DNA of 20,000 nt from an uncultured virus (IMG/VR IMGVR_UViG_3300002220_000771) (taxonomy: Duplodnaviria; Heunggongvirae; Uroviricota; Caudoviricetes). The notes beneath the pieces were generated by a model. That model was not told the DNA's origin. It searched no databases and worked only from the letters and a program-made list of their open reading frames with translations. Position 1 is the stretch's first letter, and every line of letters begins with the position of its first letter. The stretch lies in IMG/VR virus record IMGVR_UViG_3300002220_000771; one strand, written 5' to 3'. Positions 1 through 8,569 of the stretch are shown here, piece by piece. A program made the position numbers and the translations under genes.

Positions 1-7
1 TCTATAT

Positions 8-658
8 ATGGTAAATGATAGTATAGACTTATTGAAACCTTTACGTAATTTTTCAGAATTAATAAAGATAACAATATTAGAAATAGCTAAAAATTTTAAA
101 GTTGGTATTGATGTTATTATAAAGGCTTTTAAAGATAGACATATATTTGGTATATTAAAGGCATTTGGTTTTGATTTTATACTTATATTAAAGTCTATTA
201 GATCATTTACTGGATTAATTTCTGGAGGATTAAGGGCCGTAGCAACAGAAATTGTAAAAACTGGAATAATAAAAGATATTAAAAATGGTGTGATAATACT
301 TGATGATTTATTAGATAAACATCCAATATTGAAAAGATTAGTAGGTTTACCTTTAGCTGGATTATTATTTTATGTTTCTCTTCATATACCTTGTATTGGT
401 GATTTGGATTTTGATTTTGATTTTCAAGAAGTACATGATGCTCTTAAAGGTCGTTATAAATTAGATGATTTATTTTTATCTACTGAAAGTTTCATTAATG
501 CTATGTTATTAATAGCCGGTACATGGACTTCTATAAATTTTCCTTGGTTATCAAAAGATATTTATACGATTTTAGTAGGTATTATTTATACTGGTTTTAA
601 AAATTCAGAATTATCTAATTTAGCTTTATTATTTGAACCTTTTATTGATTGGGTATAA
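8..658 (+). CDS. Hypothetical protein with hydrophobic segments, probably 5'-truncated by the window edge
   Basis: 216-aa ORF whose frame stays open to the window start; hydrophobic stretches (LVGLPLAGLLFYVSL, IYTILVGIIYTG); no recognised family. Confidence 0.6.
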   Translation: MVNDSIDLLKPLRNFSELIKITILEIAKNFKVGIDVIIKAFKDRHIFGILKAFGFDFILILKSIRSFTGLISGGLRAVATEIVKTGIIKDIKNGVIILDDLLDKHPILKRLVGLPLAGLLFYVSLHIPCIGDLDFDFDFQEVHDALKGRYKLDDLFLSTESFINAMLLIAGTWTSINFPWLSKDIYTILVGIIYTGFKNSELSNLALLFEPFIDWV

Positions 659-662
659 AACT

Positions 663-1100
663 ATGAAATTATTAAACTTTTTAAAGGAAGAAAAGATTGT
701 CAGTTGTGGATTGGTACTAACTGATAATATTAAATTTTTAGCAGTTCATCCGACTTTTGGTACTAAATGGGATATTCCTAAAGGAATGCATGAAGGTGGA
801 AGCTATATAGATACTGTTCTCAGAGAGGTTAGAGAAGAAGTTGGTATAGATTTTTCAAAATATAAAAGTAAAATAGAGTATAAAGGTAGATATAAGTATT
901 CGGAATATAAAGACTTACAGATTTTTTTATTAGTAATTGATGACCTTCCCCAGACTTCATTAATGAGTTGCTCATCAACATTTAATGCCGGTAATAATCG
1001 TAGATTACCTGAAGTAGATGATTATAAGTATTTAAAAATAGGAAACTTTTCATTTTTTAATTTTTCAATGAAAAAAATTTTAGAAGATGTTTTGAGGTAA
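663..1100 (+). CDS. nudE: Nudix hydrolase (T4 NudE-like)
   Basis: SCG..., WDIPKG followed by the Nudix box (REVREEVG), Y-x-x-x-KDLQIF and C-terminal PEVD resemble T4 NudE; ATG at 663 lies just after the upstream stop at 658 and is preferred over the ORF-track start at 633. Confidence 0.85.
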   Translation: MKLLNFLKEEKIVSCGLVLTDNIKFLAVHPTFGTKWDIPKGMHEGGSYIDTVLREVREEVGIDFSKYKSKIEYKGRYKYSEYKDLQIFLLVIDDLPQTSLMSCSSTFNAGNNRRLPEVDDYKYLKIGNFSFFNFSMKKILEDVLR

Positions 1101-1102
1101 GA

Positions 1103-1954
1103 GTGAGTAGATTAAAAGAATATCTTATAGAAAGTTCTGAACGGGATAAAGGGATTTTAAGAAATATATCAAAAGAATGCTCAGAAATAATTGAAATTTA
1201 TAGAGATATTGAAGTATATCTTTATAGAGGAATTAATAATATTAGTGGTGAAATGGGTTTTCGTATACCGAGAAGGGATAGACTTCCTAAAGATACGCCT
1301 ATAGAGATACAAGAGAAATTAGATATAGAATTTAAGAAAAAGTTTGGTTGGAAAGCTAGAAGTGAGGGGGTGTTTGTAACACCTAGATATAATACAGCAT
1401 CAACATATGGTACTGGATATCCTGTTGTTGTGTTTCCAGTAAATGGTTTTAAATATTTATGGTCACCAGTTTATAAAGATTTATATGCTGATGAAATACA
1501 GCCATATATTGGTTCAGAAAGCGATTTGTATGGTGAATGGGAAGCAAAGTTTGGTGTTAATCGTAATGGTTCTTGGGAAGATGAAAATCATAAAAAATAT
1601 AATAGTATAGAAGATATACCAAATTACCATAAACATGAACATCCTTATGACGGTATTGCAGAGGTTGCCTTAGTAGATGATAATGGTATATCACTTATAA
1701 ATGTTACGTGGATTCCAAGGATTTCTTGGGAGGAATATAATGAAAGAAAAATAAATGATAATATAAAAAGTTGGGTAAGTACATATAAATATACTGATTT
1801 AATAAAGGCTATTAAACGTAATGAAAATGAAATAATGATAAAATGTGAAAAATATTATTGGATGACAGTTGTAATGGTAGAAAAAAGTGGAATATGTAGT
1901 TATAAGTATAAAGATTCTGGATTAAATCCTAATCAATTATCTCTTGAATTTTAG
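1103..1954 (+). CDS. Phage protein with ADP-ribosyltransferase-like motifs (putative)
   Basis: GTG start with GAGG upstream; LYRG, GVFVT...A..YG and a late NEIMI strand are ordered like the R-S-E motifs of ART folds; function is inferred. Confidence 0.45.
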   Translation: MSRLKEYLIESSERDKGILRNISKECSEIIEIYRDIEVYLYRGINNISGEMGFRIPRRDRLPKDTPIEIQEKLDIEFKKKFGWKARSEGVFVTPRYNTASTYGTGYPVVVFPVNGFKYLWSPVYKDLYADEIQPYIGSESDLYGEWEAKFGVNRNGSWEDENHKKYNSIEDIPNYHKHEHPYDGIAEVALVDDNGISLINVTWIPRISWEEYNERKINDNIKSWVSTYKYTDLIKAIKRNENEIMIKCEKYYWMTVVMVEKSGICSYKYKDSGLNPNQLSLEF

Positions 1955-3350
1955 ATTCTTCTACGGTAAATCCTTCACTATCATAATATCTAATTCTTTT
2001 ATCAGCATGATCTTTTAGGAATTTTACATTATCAACAATATCATATATTATACTTCCTTCGGTTTTATCTTCATGTATTCTAAGGCTTCTACCGATACTT
2101 TGCAAAATTCTAATTTTACTTTTGAATGGGCTTGCGAAAAGAATATATTTTAAGCTGGGAATATTGACACCGACACTAAGAATACCATAGGTTGCTATCA
2201 GAACAATGTTTTTTCTCTTTTCACATTCTTTTCTCCAGAATTCTCGTTCTTTTACATCACTATCACCCCATAAGAATACAATTTCTTTATTGTTTAATTG
2301 TTTAGATTTATCAAAATAATCTTTTAGAATTTTACCTTCTTTTTCAACTTTCCCTACTAATATAAGAATATTACTATCTACTTGAAATGCAATATCTTCT
2401 AACAATTTCATTCTAAAGGAATTATTAAATATATCATCTTTAATTTCATTATAGTCACCTTCATATTCTTTATGATAATTAATTTGTATCATATTAACTT
2501 TACATTTACTAATATATCCTTTTTCAGCTAGTTCACCAGCACCATAATCTCTAAGAACAGGACCTAAAAAGGATTTAATGTTCCACATATCTAATTTAGA
2601 ATTTGGAAGTGTTCCAGTAAATCCAATACGATAATTTGCATTTGAACATTTTTCTAGAATTTTCTTTACATCATGAGCACGAGCACTATGTACCTCATCA
2701 CATATTACACAATCGTATAAGTGGAGTTTATCATGATTTCGGCTTAATGATTGCCATGTTGATATTACAATTTCTTTATTGAATTCTTTACTTTTAGCAT
2801 GAACTTGCCCAATTTTATTTTTATTTATACCATAATCTATGAGGTCATTATAGAATTGTTCGGTAAGTGAAATAGTAGGAACAATGATAAGAGAACGATT
2901 GATATTATTAGTTTCTTTAAGAATATTAATAATATAAGCAATAATAAGACTTTTTCCTGATGCCGTACTTGATCTTATAATACCTTTTTTGAATTTTAAA
3001 GATGCTTCAATACAATCCATTTGATAATCTCTAGGAATTTTACTTAAAGAGGGTTCTATATCATATTCACTTCCATTAAACATACTAGAAACATCTTTTG
3101 ATATATTAAGTTTTTGAGTTGGATATTCTTTTTTAACAAATTTTATAAGATCTATAAGAAGTCCATATGGTAGAGTATTATTATTTTTCATAACACATAT
3201 TTTACCATTCCATTGACCTGCACGATAAGTAGGCATGTGTCTAAATCCATCAACATAATCTGTAAAATAATTTTTAAGATCACGTATAAAGAGGTAATCA
3301 TCAGTGTCTATTTTTATATATAATTCACTATGTTTTGTTATTTCAATCAT
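1929..3350 (-). CDS. uvsW: UvsW-like SF2 DNA helicase
   Basis: PRDYQ Q-motif, STASGKS Walker A, DEVH Walker B, GFTGT, QSIGRSLR motif VI; N-terminal F..MP.Y..G.W.GKI is typical of UvsW. Confidence 0.93.
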   Translation of the reverse strand: MIEITKHSELYIKIDTDDYLFIRDLKNYFTDYVDGFRHMPTYRAGQWNGKICVMKNNNTLPYGLLIDLIKFVKKEYPTQKLNISKDVSSMFNGSEYDIEPSLSKIPRDYQMDCIEASLKFKKGIIRSSTASGKSLIIAYIINILKETNNINRSLIIVPTISLTEQFYNDLIDYGINKNKIGQVHAKSKEFNKEIVISTWQSLSRNHDKLHLYDCVICDEVHSARAHDVKKILEKCSNANYRIGFTGTLPNSKLDMWNIKSFLGPVLRDYGAGELAEKGYISKCKVNMIQINYHKEYEGDYNEIKDDIFNNSFRMKLLEDIAFQVDSNILILVGKVEKEGKILKDYFDKSKQLNNKEIVFLWGDSDVKEREFWRKECEKRKNIVLIATYGILSVGVNIPSLKYILFASPFKSKIRILQSIGRSLRIHEDKTEGSIIYDIVDNVKFLKDHADKRIRYYDSEGFTVEESKIQEIID

Positions 3351-3699
3351 TTATTAATCTTTTATAAATATTTGATGTTAAATCTTTTGGTGATATATAC
3401 CATTGGTTTATTAAATAATCAGCATATTTTACTAATTTTTTTTGATGATATATTTTTATATTACAATCATCTTTTGTTCTGTATTCAATATAATATGATA
3501 TTGGTGAATATATTCGCCATTTTTCATTATTAGGAATGTAAGTATTTTCAATTATTATATTATTAAATTCAATATATGGTCCTCGTTGTCCAATAACTAT
3601 TCTGTTGTATCCATTAGCAATTTCTAATCCGGAAAATGTTGTAAATATTATTGTAAAATCGGGAGGATATATTGGATATTCTGGTAAAATTAGTTTCAT
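3343..3699 (-). CDS. Hypothetical protein
   Basis: 118-aa ORF overlapping both neighbours (uvsY stop and uvsW start); conserved-looking motifs RIVIGQRGPYIEF and YADY. Confidence 0.7.
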   Translation of the reverse strand: MKLILPEYPIYPPDFTIIFTTFSGLEIANGYNRIVIGQRGPYIEFNNIIIENTYIPNNEKWRIYSPISYYIEYRTKDDCNIKIYHQKKLVKYADYLINQWYISPKDLTSNIYKRLIND

Positions 3700-4115
3700 C
3701 TTCCCATCTTTATATTATCATTGAAATTTTTCATATTCCATTGTACTTTATCTATAGCTTTTACGCACATAGAAAAAAATTCTACACGCCATTGTTGTTG
3801 TCTAATGATTTTATTAATTTTTATTATTTTTTCATCTTTAGGAAGATAATATTTTTCAATTTCACTTTGTCTTAATTCTTTATCATAATTAAAACGGTAA
3901 AAATCATATCTCATACCAATAATTTTATCTTTAAGTGCCATAATTCTATTTAGTTCTTCTGCCTCTTTTTGATAAAGCTCCGTAAATTTAGTAAGTTGCC
4001 ATGTGTTTTCCATAAGTTTTTCTGAAATATTGAATTCAGAAAATTTAACTATTTCGTCAATAGGAAACTGTTCTTTAAGTTCCATCCAAACATCATCCAT
4101 TGTTTTTTCTGTCAT
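3696..4115 (-). CDS. uvsY: UvsY-like recombination mediator
   Basis: 139-aa helical protein with YDFY, L..SEIEKYY..D and a C-terminal WNMKN matching the UvsY pattern; next to uvsW; AAGGA RBS. Confidence 0.75.
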   Translation of the reverse strand: MTEKTMDDVWMELKEQFPIDEIVKFSEFNISEKLMENTWQLTKFTELYQKEAEELNRIMALKDKIIGMRYDFYRFNYDKELRQSEIEKYYLPKDEKIIKINKIIRQQQWRVEFFSMCVKAIDKVQWNMKNFNDNIKMGR

Positions 4116-4146
4116 ATATTATTTCCTTATAATATGATTTTAAATT

Positions 4147-4175
4147 ATTATAACAAAATGTATGTTAGATGTAAA
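4147..4175 (-). promoter_or_regulatory. Sigma70-type promoter for uvsY-uvsW
   Basis: Minus strand TTTACA (4175-4170), 17-nt spacer, TATAAT (4152-4147), with a TGn extended -10. Confidence 0.8.
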
Positions 4176-4190
4176 TGAAAAATAATACTA

Positions 4191-4219
4191 TTTACAATCA
4201 GTTTCACATAATGTATAAT
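4191..4219 (+). promoter_or_regulatory. Sigma70-type promoter for the helicase operon
   Basis: TTTACA (4191-4196), 17-nt spacer, TATAAT (4214-4219), upstream of an AAAGGA RBS and the ATG at 4248. Confidence 0.8.
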
Positions 4220-4247
4220 ATTAATATTCAATTAGAAAGGAAATAAA

Positions 4248-4628
4248 ATGGATGTTTTTAGAGGTAAGAATATTGCATTTAAAATAGGCTCTAAGTGGTT
4301 TTTAGGAAAAGCTTTAAAGTCTTCATTTAAAAAAATAAAACAAGTTAAAAAATTGTCAGATGTTGAAAATATTAAAGAATTTATTACACTTAATCAATTT
4401 CTTAAAATTAATAATATAAGTTTAGAAGAAAAAGATAATATACTTAAAAAATATAAAGTAGATAATATTTATATCTTAAATGAAACAGAAGAATTAATGC
4501 CAGAAAATGATATTAAAGCATTTGAAAAATGGTGGTGGTCAGTAATTAATAAAGATTGTATTAAATGTAGTAAAATTTGTAAACAATCATCAAAAGTTGA
4601 TATTATATCATGTCAAAGGACAAAATAA
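4248..4628 (+). CDS. Hypothetical protein with C-terminal Cys cluster
   Basis: 126 aa, good RBS, C-terminal CxxCxxxC...C; abuts the helicase start. Confidence 0.7.
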   Translation: MDVFRGKNIAFKIGSKWFLGKALKSSFKKIKQVKKLSDVENIKEFITLNQFLKINNISLEEKDNILKKYKVDNIYILNETEELMPENDIKAFEKWWWSVINKDCIKCSKICKQSSKVDIISCQRTK

Positions 4629-5975
4629 ATGGAACCAGAAGTAATAGAAAAAATAATAATAAAATCAGCATTTATTGATAAAAAGTTTACAGCTCTTATT
4701 TCAAGTGTATTTGAAAAGGATTATTTTGATAATGATACTGCTGCAAATATATTTGAATTAATAAGCACACATTTTCAACAATATGGTAATATTATACCAA
4801 GAGATACTATAACTGTTGAGGATGCCAATGAATTTTTTCAAGAAATAGATGCTATAGATTTTGATGTTTCAAAAAATTATAAATATTTGTTAAATGTTAC
4901 TAATGAATATTTAAAAGAAAAAGCTGTAAAAAAAGCAATTTTAGAATCAGTAACAGTAATAAATTCTAAAAAAGAAACCGTAAAAATAAAAAGTCTTATT
5001 GAAGAAGCATTATGTAAAGATTTGAATGTTGATTTAGGACTTGATTATTTTAATACATTGGGTGATAGATTACGAAAAATATTATCCGCTGAAACAATTA
5101 GAATACCAACTTATTTTCCACAATTTGATGAATTTATAAATGGGGGATTTCCACCTTATACATTATCAATCATAACAGCAGCAATACATTCTCATAAATC
5201 TTCAACAATAGCAAATTTTTCAGCACGGCAAGTTTTACATGGTGAAAATGTTGCAATTTTGACACTAGAAATGTCAGAGGATGCATATGCACAAAGATAT
5301 GATGCTATATTTTCTAAATTAGATATTAATAAATTATATTTAAAGTCATATATTTCAAAATTATCAAATTCATTAAAACAAATAAAAAATGATGAAAAAA
5401 TAGGATCTTTATTTATAAAACAATTTCCCACAGGGCAGGGTACCATTATAGATTTTACAAGATATCTTAGAGAACTACGTATGAGAGATATTGTAATATC
5501 AATTATATATTGTGATTATATAAATCTTATGAAACCCTCGTATAAGACTAAATCTGATATGTATTCTGATGTGAAAAATATTGCAGAAGAATTAAGAGCA
5601 TTATCATTTGAATTTAAAGCACCAGTTGTTTCAGTAACTCAATTAAATAGGGAAGGTTCACAATTATCGTTTAGTGATGTTGATTTTACATATACATCAG
5701 AATGTCTTGATCCATCAACATTAGTTAAACATGTATCCGGTGATATTAGAATTGATGAATTAAAAATAGGTGATATGATACAAGGCAGTAGTGGGTTGGT
5801 AGAGGTTAAACGGGTTTTTGATAAAAAGATGAAACATAAATTTTTAATAAAAACAAAAAATGGTAAAAAAATTATAGGTAGTAGAGACCATGTGTACCCT
5901 ACATCACAGGGATTAAAATCCATTGAAAGTGGATTAAAAGTAGGTGATAAAATACAAAGTTTTATAAATATATGA
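4629..5975 (+). CDS. 41: gp41/DnaB-like replicative helicase, N-terminal part, fused to split-intein N-fragment
   Basis: DEFINGG, degenerate Walker A AAIHSHKS, TLEMSE, KQFPTG, CDYINLM, AEELRAL, TQLNR; after YTSE the sequence switches to intein block A (CLDPSTLV). Confidence 0.92.
   Translation: MEPEVIEKIIIKSAFIDKKFTALISSVFEKDYFDNDTAANIFELISTHFQQYGNIIPRDTITVEDANEFFQEIDAIDFDVSKNYKYLLNVTNEYLKEKAVKKAILESVTVINSKKETVKIKSLIEEALCKDLNVDLGLDYFNTLGDRLRKILSAETIRIPTYFPQFDEFINGGFPPYTLSIITAAIHSHKSSTIANFSARQVLHGENVAILTLEMSEDAYAQRYDAIFSKLDINKLYLKSYISKLSNSLKQIKNDEKIGSLFIKQFPTGQGTIIDFTRYLRELRMRDIVISIIYCDYINLMKPSYKTKSDMYSDVKNIAEELRALSFEFKAPVVSVTQLNREGSQLSFSDVDFTYTSECLDPSTLVKHVSGDIRIDELKIGDMIQGSSGLVEVKRVFDKKMKHKFLIKTKNGKKIIGSRDHVYPTSQGLKSIESGLKVGDKIQSFINI
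5703..5972 (+). mobile_element. Split intein N-fragment (90 aa, gp41-1-like)
   Basis: Starts at Cys1 (CLDPSTLV), then IDELKIGD, block B GSRDH and GLKVGD, followed by a stop codon; closely resembles the gp41-1 IntN. Confidence 0.92.
5963..5970 (+). promoter_or_regulatory. Putative T4-type late promoter for the homing endonuclease
   Basis: TATAAATA about 26-35 nt upstream of the endonuclease start. Confidence 0.55.
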
Positions 5976-5996
5976 AAACAGTAGTCATAGATAAGG

Positions 5997-7280
5997 ATGA
6001 ATGGGATGAAAAGTCATATAGTTAATAAAAATAGTCATCAGTTGCAAGATAAACAAAAATTAATGAAAAAGTTGTTACGAAGTAAGGATTGGCGGGAGTT
6101 GTACACTAAAAATGAATTATCAGTAGATAAAGAAAATGTAATAAAGAAAATGTTAAATACATTGACTCAATTAACAATTCCAAACATTAGACAAATAGCA
6201 TCATTATGTAATAATATTGATGATATACAACAAATATTTAATTATTTTTTACAATATAATAAATTAACCCCAAATGAAAAACGAGCACGAACAGAACACA
6301 ATTTTATATTATTTTATGGAGATGTTGTTGGTAAAGAATTGTGGAAGCAATATAATAATAAATTATCAAAAATGACATCAGAAAGTGGATATATAGAAAG
6401 ATTTGGTGAAAATGATGGTAAACATAGATGGATAGAGTATAAGAAGAGGTTATCTGAATCTGGTATAAAACGTGTTGCACGTGAGGGAAAGATACTACAA
6501 AGGGAAAGAAGTCAATTTTGTATTGAATATTGGTTAAAGAAGGGGGTTTCCTACGATGATGCAAAGGAAAAAATACATGAGATTCAAAAGGCAAATAATG
6601 TAAGAGCAGTAAAAACAAAAAAGTTAAATCCTATTAAAATTAATCCTTATGACGTTGGTCATTGGGTTAGTAAGGGTTATTGTGATGAAGATGCGAAAAT
6701 AAAAGTCGAACAATTATTATTTAAGACAAATGTTTCATTACCATCAATGATAGCACGGCATGGAGAAGAAATCGGAACAAAAATATATAATGAATCAAAA
6801 ATAAAAAGACAAGAAACATATATTAAGAAACTTAAAAACGGTGACTATGATGGGTTGTATAAGAACGCTTCAAAAGAGTCATTGAAATATTTTATACCTC
6901 TTTATAAACTACTTAGAACACAACACGGTATTGAGCGAGATGATATTTATTTTGGTATATCAGGATCAAAGGAATTTTATTTAGCATCAGGAACAAAATA
7001 CTATTTTTTATATGATTTTACAATTAGGTCAAAGAAGATTATAATAGAATATAATAATGTTAGATGGCATCCACACCCAGATATGTTTTCAGAAGATGAA
7101 TGGCGAGATTGGAGATTATTTAATCTAACAGCTCAAGAAAAATATGATAATGATTCATTTAAGATAGATATAGCAAAGAAATTAGGGTATAAATGTTTAA
7201 TTATATGGAATCTTGATTCATATGATGATAATATGAAAAAAATATTGGAGTTTATAGGGGAGAACATAGATGGACATTGA
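5997..7280 (+). CDS. Free-standing Vsr-like (EDxHD/DUF559-like) homing endonuclease
   Basis: C-terminal KEF...YDF....KIIIEYNN..WH...D..K...A...GY..LIIW; N-terminal repeats of two kinds ([YFH]G...G...[WY] three times; W..KG....DAK twice); lies between the intein halves; TAAGGA RBS favours the ATG at 6006. Confidence 0.8.
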   Translation: MNGMKSHIVNKNSHQLQDKQKLMKKLLRSKDWRELYTKNELSVDKENVIKKMLNTLTQLTIPNIRQIASLCNNIDDIQQIFNYFLQYNKLTPNEKRARTEHNFILFYGDVVGKELWKQYNNKLSKMTSESGYIERFGENDGKHRWIEYKKRLSESGIKRVAREGKILQRERSQFCIEYWLKKGVSYDDAKEKIHEIQKANNVRAVKTKKLNPIKINPYDVGHWVSKGYCDEDAKIKVEQLLFKTNVSLPSMIARHGEEIGTKIYNESKIKRQETYIKKLKNGDYDGLYKNASKESLKYFIPLYKLLRTQHGIERDDIYFGISGSKEFYLASGTKYYFLYDFTIRSKKIIIEYNNVRWHPHPDMFSEDEWRDWRLFNLTAQEKYDNDSFKIDIAKKLGYKCLIIWNLDSYDDNMKKILEFIGENIDGH

Positions 7281-7392
7281 GTTTAATGATGAAATTATTG
7301 AAATTATAGATTTGGGTGAAGAAGGTGAAATGATTGATATAGAAGTATCTGGTGATCATTTATTTTTTGCAAATGATATATTAACAAAAAAT
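7270..7392 (+). mobile_element. Split intein C-fragment (41 aa)
   Basis: Blocks F/G: DIEVSGDHLFFANDILTKN; terminal Asn at 7390-7392 and +1 Ser at 7393-7395. Confidence 0.92.
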
Positions 7393-7686
7393 TCAATGGG
7401 TGTTCCTGCAACAGCAGATTTTCAGATGATTTTTGGAAAAGATGTAGAAAAGGCAGTATATGAAAGTGAAATACAATATAAAATTGTAAAGAATAGATTG
7501 GGTGGTAGAGTAGGTGAAACGAGTAAATTTTATTTTGATGCAAGAACATTAAAAATGTATGATAGTCTTGAACTTGAAATGTGGTTAGATGATGCACAAA
7601 TTACAGGAGATGAAAGAGTAACTGCACCAGTTTCAGATAATATTCAACAAATAAGAGGAAGTAAAAGTAAAAGGAGGGAAAGATGA
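7270..7686 (+). CDS. 41: Split-intein C-fragment fused to the gp41 helicase C-terminal part
   Basis: IDIEVSGDHLFFANDILTKN/S, then SMGVPATADF...KIVKNRLGG, the gp41 C-terminal motifs (T4 ESAGLPATADF and the K.R arginine finger). Confidence 0.92.
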   Translation: MDIEFNDEIIEIIDLGEEGEMIDIEVSGDHLFFANDILTKNSMGVPATADFQMIFGKDVEKAVYESEIQYKIVKNRLGGRVGETSKFYFDARTLKMYDSLELEMWLDDAQITGDERVTAPVSDNIQQIRGSKSKRRER

Positions 7687-8132
7687 ATGAAGATGTAGTA
7701 GAAAGTAAAATATTAACTTTTGCAAGAATTGAATTTGAAGCATTAGGTTATGATCTTAATCAAATGGAGGAAGATCCAAATAAATGGATATGTGAAAATG
7801 TTTTAGAATTGTTAGATGTTTTTGCCAAACAAGGGCATTCTGGTTCATCAGCACCATATTGTGTTAATTATTTTTCAAACTTAGCATTATTTAAACCATT
7901 ATCACCATTAAATGGAAATGATAATGAATGGGGTGAAGTATCTGATGGTTTATGGCAGAATAAAAGAGCATTTAGTGTTTTTAAAGGAAGGGATAATAAA
8001 GCATATGATATTAATGGTAAAGTATTTGTAGAACCTAATGGTTGTGCATATATAAATGAGAATAGTAAGGTGTATATTGAATTTCCATATATACCAAAAA
8101 CAGAATATGTTCATGTTGAAGGAGACGAATAA
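7683..8132 (+). CDS. Conserved phage hypothetical protein
   Basis: 149 aa, ATGA overlap, AGGAGG RBS; motifs FAKQGHSGSSA, PLSPL.G...EW, QNKR. Confidence 0.75.
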   Translation: MNEDVVESKILTFARIEFEALGYDLNQMEEDPNKWICENVLELLDVFAKQGHSGSSAPYCVNYFSNLALFKPLSPLNGNDNEWGEVSDGLWQNKRAFSVFKGRDNKAYDINGKVFVEPNGCAYINENSKVYIEFPYIPKTEYVHVEGDE

Positions 8133-8569
8133 TGGAAGAATTCGTTATTGAAAGAATGAATGATGATGCAATAATACCGACAAAGGCATATGAAACAGAT
8201 GCTGGATTTGATTTATATTTATCAGAAGATCTTGTTATATGGCCATTAGAAGGTGAATTAGGAAAAACTGGAATAAAAATTTCTTTAAAATCTGGATATG
8301 AGGCTCAGATAAGACCAAGAAGCGGATTTTCAATAAAAAATAAAATACTAATTATTAATTCACCCGGTACAATAGATCCTGAATATAGAGGAGAAATAAT
8401 GATAGCTTTATATAATCTTAGTAATGTAAGAAGGATATTTAAAAAAGGAACAAAGATTGCACAAATGATAATAAATAAAATACCCAATGTGAAGTTAATA
8501 GAAGGTAAAGTAGATAGTAATACTGATAGAGGATTGAAGGGTTTTGGATCGACAGGAGATAATATATGA
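8132..8569 (+). CDS. dut: Trimeric dUTPase
   Basis: All five motifs present: AGFDL, RPRSG, GTIDPEYRGEI, KIAQ, RGLKGFGSTG. Confidence 0.97.
   Translation: MEEFVIERMNDDAIIPTKAYETDAGFDLYLSEDLVIWPLEGELGKTGIKISLKSGYEAQIRPRSGFSIKNKILIINSPGTIDPEYRGEIMIALYNLSNVRRIFKKGTKIAQMIINKIPNVKLIEGKVDSNTDRGLKGFGSTGDNI

Noticed and set aside
5997..7280. Endonuclease as an in-frame intein domain or as a group I intron ORF
   Set aside because: It has its own RBS, start and stop, the downstream IntC is in a different frame, and the short intergenic gaps leave no room for an intron core
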